NCBI RefSeq assembly: GCF_000621645.1
Contig: NZ_JHXR01000002.1
Coordinates: 120,001-152,000 of the forward strand
Direction: 5' to 3'
Length of the DNA: 32,000 bases
Origin: Vibrio cholerae ATCC 14035
GTDB lineage: Bacteria > Pseudomonadota > Gammaproteobacteria > Enterobacterales > Vibrionaceae
Shown: positions 26,686 through 32,000 of the stretch, piece after piece
Layout: each line of letters starts with the position of its first letter
Numbering within the stretch: the stretch's first letter is position 1
Position numbers and translations under genes: made by a program
Notes under the pieces: model-generated
What the model was told of the DNA's origin: nothing
The model's database searches: none
Seen by the model: the letters and a program-made list of their open reading frames with translations, nothing else

Positions 26686-27621
26686 TTACCCGCGAATTTT
26701 ATGCCACACTTCCATTACCGCTACTAAGAGGCTGCCAGCCACTACGCCAATCACACCATTCATCAGGGTTGGCATCAGTGTCCCGACCACTGGCCATGCA
26801 TGGACGACATCAAGCATCGGTTCAAGAATATGATGCACCGCAGGCACGTTATGTACCACAATCCCACCGCCGACTAAAAACATCGCCGCAGTTCCAACGA
26901 CCGTCAGCCCTTTCATCAATTTGGGCGCAAAACGCACTAGCACGCCGCCCAAACTGGCTTTGAGTCCTTGGCCTTTGGATTGGCGTTGCAGGTAAAAACC
27001 TAAGTCATCCAACTTCACTATGCCTGCCACTAGGCCGTACACGCCGATCGTCATGATGACCGCAATCAAGCTAACCACCAGAATTTGTGTGAGCATCGAG
27101 TGCCCCTGCACGGTACCAAGAGCGATCACAATAATTTCTGCCGACAGAATAAAATCGGTGCGGATCGCGCCACCAATTTTACGCTTTTCATACTCGGCTA
27201 AGCTTTCTGTCGCCAAACTTTCCGTTTCTAAACCTTCATTGACTATCGCGGCAGCACGCTGTTCAGCATTCTGCTTGGGTTCTGGATGCAACCATTTTTC
27301 GAGGATCTTCTCTGCGCCTTCAAAACAGAGAAACAGACCGCCGATCAACAGTAGAGGCATGATCAACCAAGGAGCAATCGAGCTAATAATAAGTGCTGCC
27401 GGAACCAAAATGAGCTTATTGCGAAACGAGCCTTTGGCGACCGCCCATACCACCGGAATTTCACGCTCTGCCGCGACACCAGAGACTTGCTGCGCATTGA
27501 GCGCTAAGTCATCCCCCAATACACCCGCCGTCTTTTTTGCGGCCATTTTGGACATCAATGCCACATCATCCAACACCGTCGCAATATCATCAAGCAAGGT
27601 CAGTAAGCTTGCGCCTGCCAT
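26686..27621 (-). CDS. DUF808 (YedI-like) inner-membrane protein
   Basis: Start at the ATG at 27621 (MAGASLLTLLDDIATVLDDVA) gives 311 aa. The N-terminus is typical of DUF808 and is followed by TM segments. Confidence 0.8.
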   Translation of the reverse strand: MAGASLLTLLDDIATVLDDVALMSKMAAKKTAGVLGDDLALNAQQVSGVAAEREIPVVWAVAKGSFRNKLILVPAALIISSIAPWLIMPLLLIGGLFLCFEGAEKILEKWLHPEPKQNAEQRAAAIVNEGLETESLATESLAEYEKRKIGGAIRTDFILSAEIIVIALGTVQGHSMLTQILVVSLIAVIMTIGVYGLVAGIVKLDDLGFYLQRQSKGQGLKASLGGVLVRFAPKLMKGLTVVGTAAMFLVGGGIVVHNVPAVHHILEPMLDVVHAWPVVGTLMPTLMNGVIGVVAGSLLVAVMEVWHKIRG

Positions 27622-27733
27622 GGAAATTCTCTCTATTTGATTGGTAGAAGCGTGACAAAATGTAACATTAACGAACGGCTGAAGGAAATTCAGCAATGAG
27701 AATATAACCACGCCAAACGAGATCTAAGCCTTG

Positions 27734-29116
27734 TTAGGTCTTATCTGAAGAGTGTGGTAGTTGAGTATATTCATCGGGCAACAGATTTAATGCCTTTTTC
27801 AAAGCGGCAAAACATTCTGGATCAATCGCGGTATGGAGGTTCTCCTCCATAATGGCGAGCGCTTTATCAATAGGCATAGCCGCGCGATAGGGACGCTCAG
27901 CACTGAGGGCATCGAAAATATCGGCCGTTGTGATTATGCGAGTCATCAAACTGATTTCATCGCCGTTGACACCCCGAGGATAACCCGTACCGTCTAATTT
28001 TTCATGGTGCGCGCCGGCCATGCGCGCCAGTGTTTTAAAAGGAGATAGCTTGTACAGAATTTGCTCCGTATACGCGGCATGAGCTTGAACCGCTCGCCAT
28101 TCTACTTCGTCTAACTTACCTGGTTTATCTAAAATGGCATTGCTGACACCAAGCTTACCAATATCATGCAGCAGTGCCGCACGCCTAAGCCAAATACGAT
28201 CCGCATCAGAGATCACCAATTGCCTTGCAATCAAATCGGTATACACAGCAACACGTTCGCTATGACCAGCGGTATACGGGCTTTTCGCGTCCACAATTTT
28301 ACCAAAAGCCGTCACTATGCATTCCAAGTAAGCATCATCCAAAGGTAAATGAGCTTGAGCGGGAGGTAAATTCATAACCCGCTGACTGATATCGGTGGCT
28401 TTCAGTCCGGATAAAAAACGAGGATTTTCAACAAGCAGCTCAACGACCTCAACCAGTTTGGGGTCAAACCACACACCGCTGCGAGCCATAATCTCTTGCA
28501 AGGCTTCTTCGATGCTGTGCTCCATTTGAAAAACATCAAATACCTGAGCTAACAACGCAATACGTGAGAAAAGCGGAATCGCTTCACCTTTTCGCTGTTC
28601 GGGTCGCCCTTGACCATTCCAATGCTCATCCAGTGAATGGATGCCTTGTGCGACAGCTTCACTAAAACGCAATTCTCGGGCGACATCCGCACCACGGGTA
28701 CAACGCGTCTGGATCAGCTCTTGAGCATAGTCATTGCCATTTTTCAAAATATCTATGGTCGTTAAAATGCGCTCCGTCCAGCTTTGCTCTGATCCTGTGT
28801 TTTTCACAATAAAGTTAATGACACTGGAAAGACTGGTGCCTACCGTTTTGTAACGTCGTTTGAAAGTCAGATCATCGGTCGCATACAGCTCACAAATTCG
28901 TGCTGCATTGCTGCTGCAACCCGCATCTTTCAGTAGCAGAGTAAAAAACAGGTCGTGCAGTTCAGGCTCATTCAGCTCGAGCTGCATACCAATATGCATA
29001 CCGATCCAGCAACAACGAATGCAGTGTTCTGGCGGCTGACCTTCTGTCATGTCGAGCGCTGTCGTTAGCGAAATCATTAATTCTGAAAGAGGGAAGGTAT
29101 TTTGTGCAACACTCAT
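27734..29116 (-). CDS. HD-GYP domain c-di-GMP phosphodiesterase with an extra degenerate N-terminal HD-like domain
   Basis: C-terminal motifs HSERVA, LLHDIGK and HHEKLDGTGYPRG. The N-terminal domain has HCIRCC..LLKDAGC. Start chosen at MSVAQNTFPL (460 aa) and is uncertain; the track ORF extends to 29293. Confidence 0.8.
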   Translation of the reverse strand: MSVAQNTFPLSELMISLTTALDMTEGQPPEHCIRCCWIGMHIGMQLELNEPELHDLFFTLLLKDAGCSSNAARICELYATDDLTFKRRYKTVGTSLSSVINFIVKNTGSEQSWTERILTTIDILKNGNDYAQELIQTRCTRGADVARELRFSEAVAQGIHSLDEHWNGQGRPEQRKGEAIPLFSRIALLAQVFDVFQMEHSIEEALQEIMARSGVWFDPKLVEVVELLVENPRFLSGLKATDISQRVMNLPPAQAHLPLDDAYLECIVTAFGKIVDAKSPYTAGHSERVAVYTDLIARQLVISDADRIWLRRAALLHDIGKLGVSNAILDKPGKLDEVEWRAVQAHAAYTEQILYKLSPFKTLARMAGAHHEKLDGTGYPRGVNGDEISLMTRIITTADIFDALSAERPYRAAMPIDKALAIMEENLHTAIDPECFAALKKALNLLPDEYTQLPHSSDKT

Positions 29117-29464
29117 TATTTGGGTTCGTTTACCATTTTCTATGTATCGAGTGTAGACAGAGTCGGCCTGAGCTGCCATGAGTTTTATGGTGAGCATGCG
29201 CTTTTTGCGAAGCATAATCTTACGAAGAAAATAAAATAATTGGCTTAGATTGAAAATAATCCTAGTCAGAACTCTTTTTCCGTGTATACTCACTCACAGC
29301 TCAAGCAAATGAGCTATTAATGAAAATTAAGTTAAAGTTTTACCTCAGTCTTTTTTCGATACCCTTCGTTCAACCTCTGTGATAGCTTCTCCTTTATAAT
29401 CCATATAATAGCTTTTGTTTTAAGCCCTAATAAATTATTGTAAAAATTATCTCTAGAGGTCCCT

Positions 29465-29677
29465 ATGTCTACTAAAATGACTGGTTCTGTAAAATGGTTC
29501 AACGAAACTAAAGGTTTCGGTTTTCTTACTCAAGACAATGGTGGCAACGATGTGTTTGTTCACTTTAACTCTATTCAGTCAGAAGGTTTCAAAACCTTAG
29601 CTGAAGGTCAACGTGTTAGCTTTATCGTTGAACAAGGTAAGAAAGGCCCTCAAGCGTCTAACGTAGTCGCGCTGTAA
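29465..29677 (+). CDS. cspV: Cold-shock protein (CspA family), CspV
   Basis: 70 aa. [17 protein letters not shown] and DVFVHF are the RNP1 and RNP2 motifs. The name comes from remembered locus context. Confidence 0.9.
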   Translation: MSTKMTGSVKWFNETKGFGFLTQDNGGNDVFVHFNSIQSEGFKTLAEGQRVSFIVEQGKKGPQASNVVAL

Positions 29678-29687
29678 GCCAAATTCT

Positions 29688-29715
29688 GCGTGGTGCTCTC
29701 AGCGCCACGCTTTGC
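29688..29715 (+). terminator. Rho-independent terminator after cspV
   Basis: Hairpin GCGTGGTGC-tctca-GCGCCACGC followed by TTTGCT. Confidence 0.6.
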
Positions 29716-29776
29716 TCCCCGCTCATTATCTACCACTCCTTCATTATCATTTTATCTGTATTACATCGAGGAATTC

Positions 29777-29890
29777 ATGTCTCGCAGAACATCTCGCCAG
29801 CGACACTGGTATCAATTATTACGAGAGAAATCTCACCAAAAAGAAATTTTAATTCATGATAAAAATCCACTTCCATCTTCTGAAAAATAA
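29777..29890 (+). CDS. Candidate small basic protein (37 aa)
   Basis: ATG with a GAGGAA RBS 5 nt upstream. Sequence MSRRTSRQRHWYQLLREKSHQKEILIHDKNPLPSSEK. No recognisable family; lies in an AT-rich region. Confidence 0.3.
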   Translation: MSRRTSRQRHWYQLLREKSHQKEILIHDKNPLPSSEK

Positions 29891-30065
29891 TCTCCGCTGG
29901 TCATCTAAAATTCATCAATTAAATAGTGACATTCTACAGCGCCATATCCTCCCCCGAATAAACTCTAATCATTACCCCATTTATTTTGATTTTTGCGAAA
30001 TAGAGCAATCAGGAAGAATATTATCTGATTCAGGTATTGAATTAGGGCATTTTAATATTCATTAA
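29856..30065 (+). CDS. Candidate small ORF (69 aa) overlapping the previous one in the +1 frame
   Basis: ATG ORF with no obvious RBS. It overlaps 29777..29890 by 35 nt. It could be the distal part of a frameshifted gene. Confidence 0.2.
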   Translation: MIKIHFHLLKNNLRWSSKIHQLNSDILQRHILPRINSNHYPIYFDFCEIEQSGRILSDSGIELGHFNIH

Positions 30066-30325
30066 CGCGTTGCCCGTGTATTCCTTTTATTAAACATTTA
30101 GACATCCACTCTCTCTGAATATTGATTAAGTACTCTGATTGGGCAAAACCCTGCGCTATTGATCCATTATTCTATTACTCTTTCCTCGGCTACGCTCACC
30201 TACTCCCCTTAGATCAAGCCTGTTGATACCTCAGAGTCTCGTTGTGTCGCATTAAAAACTGCATTTTTCAAATACTCAACTACACTCATACTGCTCAATC
30301 CGAGCAAACCATAAGGAAAATCAAA

Positions 30326-30598
30326 ATGGCGAATACAATGTTAGGTGGCTGGGGACTGTTCCATGAGCTCTCCAATGAAGATAAAGCAGCATTTGCAAGC
30401 GGCATCGAAGGCTTTGTAGGCGTAAGCTATAAGCCTGTTGCGGTAGCAACACAAGTGGTTGCTGGCTGCAACTACGCCTTTTTCTGCAATGCCGAGATGG
30501 TTTACCCCGGCTCTCAACCTTACCCAGCCATGGTTCACATGTTTAAAGACTTGGAAGGAAAAGTCGGCATTACGCATATTCAGCGTTTGGATTATTAA
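30326..30598 (+). CDS. Stefin/cystatin-like protein (QVVAG motif), no signal peptide
   Basis: ATG at 30326 behind an AAGGAAA RBS gives 90 aa. LGGWG, then YKPVAVATQVVAGCNYAFFC and AMVHMFKDLEGK, parallel stefin A/B (FKAVSFKSQVVAGTNYFIKV and VHLRVFQSLPHE). Confidence 0.7.
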   Translation: MANTMLGGWGLFHELSNEDKAAFASGIEGFVGVSYKPVAVATQVVAGCNYAFFCNAEMVYPGSQPYPAMVHMFKDLEGKVGITHIQRLDY

Positions 30599-30653
30599 AC
30601 CAAACCCACTGTGGGACAGGGCTGTTTTCTGTCGTCCACTCATTTTCATGTTG

Positions 30654-30681
30654 AAAGACCTCCGATTGGAGGTCTTTTTCA
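30654..30681 (+). terminator. Rho-independent terminator
   Basis: Hairpin AAAGACCTCC-gatt-GGAGGTCTTT followed by TTC. Confidence 0.7.
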
Positions 30682-30809
30682 GTCGTGATTTTTCAATCAT
30701 GGTAATCACGCACATCCATCGCCACCCCATTCAAAGCGAATGACATTCCTATTGCGCCTGCAGGTGAGAGCCTTTACTCTTTTTTCATCTTCAATCTAAA
30801 TCGAGAGAA

Positions 30810-31748
30810 ATGATGTCTGCCTCATCCCCCTACCCGATTGGCACTCCCGGTCAGCCTTGGCAAGCTGCAGAGCGCCAAGCTTGGCGAGAACAACGCCATA
30901 TTCAACGCGAATATCAACAAGAAGTAGTGCCCAAGATTCTGGCCTTGAACAGCCTATTCGACGTGAGTACTTATGGCGCGCTCTCTTATGACCCAACACG
31001 CTACCCGCTGTATGTAGTGAAAAGCCGCCACTGGGATGCTAACAAGCCAACCGTATTGATCACAGGCGGGGTACATGGTTACGAAACCAGTGGTGTACAC
31101 GGTGCGCTGCAATTTTTAGCGACAGCCGCAGAGCCTTATTTGGCTCACTTTAATCTGCTTGCCGCGCTCTGTGTCAGCCCTTGGGGCTATGAAACCATCA
31201 ATCGCTGGAACCCAAATGCTATCGATCCTAACCGCTCTTTCGTTCAGGATAGTCCTGCAGAAGAAGCAGCTCTATTGATGGCGATGGTGGCAGAGCACGG
31301 GCTGATTTTGCTGCATATTGATCTGCATGAAACCACCGATACAGATGAATCTGAGTTTCGTCCTGCCTTGGCGGCGCGCGATGGTAAAGCCTATCTCGAA
31401 GGCTCGATCCCCGATGGCTTTTACACGGTAGGTGATACGGAAAATCCGCAATTGGCTTTCCAACAAGCGGTGATTGATTCGGTACGCCGTGTCACGCATA
31501 TCGCGCCAGCGGATGAAAACTATGAAATCATTGGTTCACCTGTTGTCGCTGAGGGTGTCATCCTCTATCCGATGAGAGAACTCGGCTTGTGCGGCGGCAT
31601 GACTGCTTGTACTTACAGCACAACCACCGAAGTCTATCCAGATAGCCCTAAAGTCACCGCACAACTCTGCAATGACGCGCAAGTCGCAGCCATCATCGGT
31701 GCACTTGATTATGTGCTTGCCAATGAGCAGAGTCTGCTAGGCGAGTAA
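30810..31748 (+). CDS. M14-clan zinc carboxypeptidase-like protein (succinylglutamate desuccinylase/aspartoacylase-like)
   Basis: 312 aa with no signal peptide. HxxE zinc motif (GGVHGYETSG) and a downstream DLHE, typical of cytosolic M14-like enzymes. Confidence 0.75.
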   Translation: MMSASSPYPIGTPGQPWQAAERQAWREQRHIQREYQQEVVPKILALNSLFDVSTYGALSYDPTRYPLYVVKSRHWDANKPTVLITGGVHGYETSGVHGALQFLATAAEPYLAHFNLLAALCVSPWGYETINRWNPNAIDPNRSFVQDSPAEEAALLMAMVAEHGLILLHIDLHETTDTDESEFRPALAARDGKAYLEGSIPDGFYTVGDTENPQLAFQQAVIDSVRRVTHIAPADENYEIIGSPVVAEGVILYPMRELGLCGGMTACTYSTTTEVYPDSPKVTAQLCNDAQVAAIIGALDYVLANEQSLLGE

Positions 31749-32000
31749 TCGGCTTTTATACTGCTCCGGGGTTAACCCGGAGTACTTTTTGAACATGGTG
31801 ATAAACGGGCTGGCTTGGTTATAGCCCAAGGTTAACGCCACCTCTTTCACTGCATGCCCTTGACGTAACAATTCCATCGAATAGAGATAGCGCACCCGCA
31901 GCCGCCATTCGGTAAAGCTCATCCCCAGTTCAGCCTGACAATGGCGCGCCAGTGTTCGCTCCGTGGTATGCACTTTTTCCGCCCACTGCTGCAAGGTTGT
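31737..32000 (-). CDS. AraC-family regulator, C-terminal HTH part (gene continues beyond the window end)
   Basis: TERTLARHCQAELGMSFTEWRLRVR...LGYNQASPFITMFKKYSGLTPEQYK is a canonical AraC double HTH. The frame is open to position 32000. Confidence 0.8.
   Translation of the reverse strand, partial: TTLQQWAEKVHTTERTLARHCQAELGMSFTEWRLRVRYLYSMELLRQGHAVKEVALTLGYNQASPFITMFKKYSGLTPEQYKSRLLA

Noticed and set aside
29151-29161. GTGTAGACAGA, resembling the E. coli cspA cold box (TGACGTACAGA)
   Set aside because: It lies about 300 nt upstream of the cspV ATG and close to the HD-GYP start, which is too far for a typical csp 5' UTR. It is a short match that could easily occur by chance.
29369-29409. Two TATAAT hexamers (29395..29400 and 29404..29409) as the cspV promoter -10
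   Set aside because: The best -35-like hexamer (TTCAAC at 29369..29374) is 20 bp away, and no good -35 exists for the second. I cannot place the promoter without 5' end data.
1-32000. Scan for CRISPR arrays, tRNA/rRNA genes, transposases, integrases, prophage or known defence-system genes
   Set aside because: I saw no short regularly spaced direct repeats, and no ORF with recombinase, nuclease, helicase, reverse-transcriptase or STAND-ATPase hallmarks. The only repeats are the ERIC elements and the coding repeats in the lipoprotein.

Overview
The window reads as ordinary gamma-proteobacterial chromosome. From memory it matches the Vibrio cholerae chromosome II region around the haem-uptake locus (roughly VCA0903 to VCA0936). 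I could not run a search, so that identification is recognition only. Genes in order: a partial lipoprotein gene; a CdaR-type regulator with a GntP permease and glycerate kinase; a methyl-accepting chemotaxis protein (MCP); hutZ-hutX-hutW, divergent from tonB1-exbB1-exbD1-hutB-hutC-hutD across a Fur-box-rich promoter region; a TetR regulator; a DUF406 Cys-rich protein; a small lipoprotein built of eight 20-residue repeats; an LPLAT-type acyltransferase; an AraC-like half-regulator; a dCache MCP (probably Mlp24/McpX); a MOSC-FNR-2Fe2S fusion oxidoreductase; two adjacent ERIC repeats; pyrC; a membrane-embedded AraC regulator divergent from a DUF805 plus secreted-protein pair; rlmC; DUF808; an HD-GYP phosphodiesterase divergent from cold-shock gene cspV; an AT-rich stretch with two overlapping small ORFs; a stefin/cystatin-like protein; an M14-like peptidase; and a partial AraC regulator. 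I found no transposase, integrase, CRISPR array, tRNA or rRNA, and no recognisable defence-system enzymes. I therefore do not claim a clear multi-gene novel system. The leads most worth following are the cytoplasmic stefin-like QVVAG protein, the perfectly phased 8 x 20-residue repeat lipoprotein, the membrane-AraC/DUF805/secreted-protein module with a terminator-like leader, the AT-rich small-ORF pair downstream of cspV, and a shared TGTG-N3-ATGCACA motif flanking cdaR.
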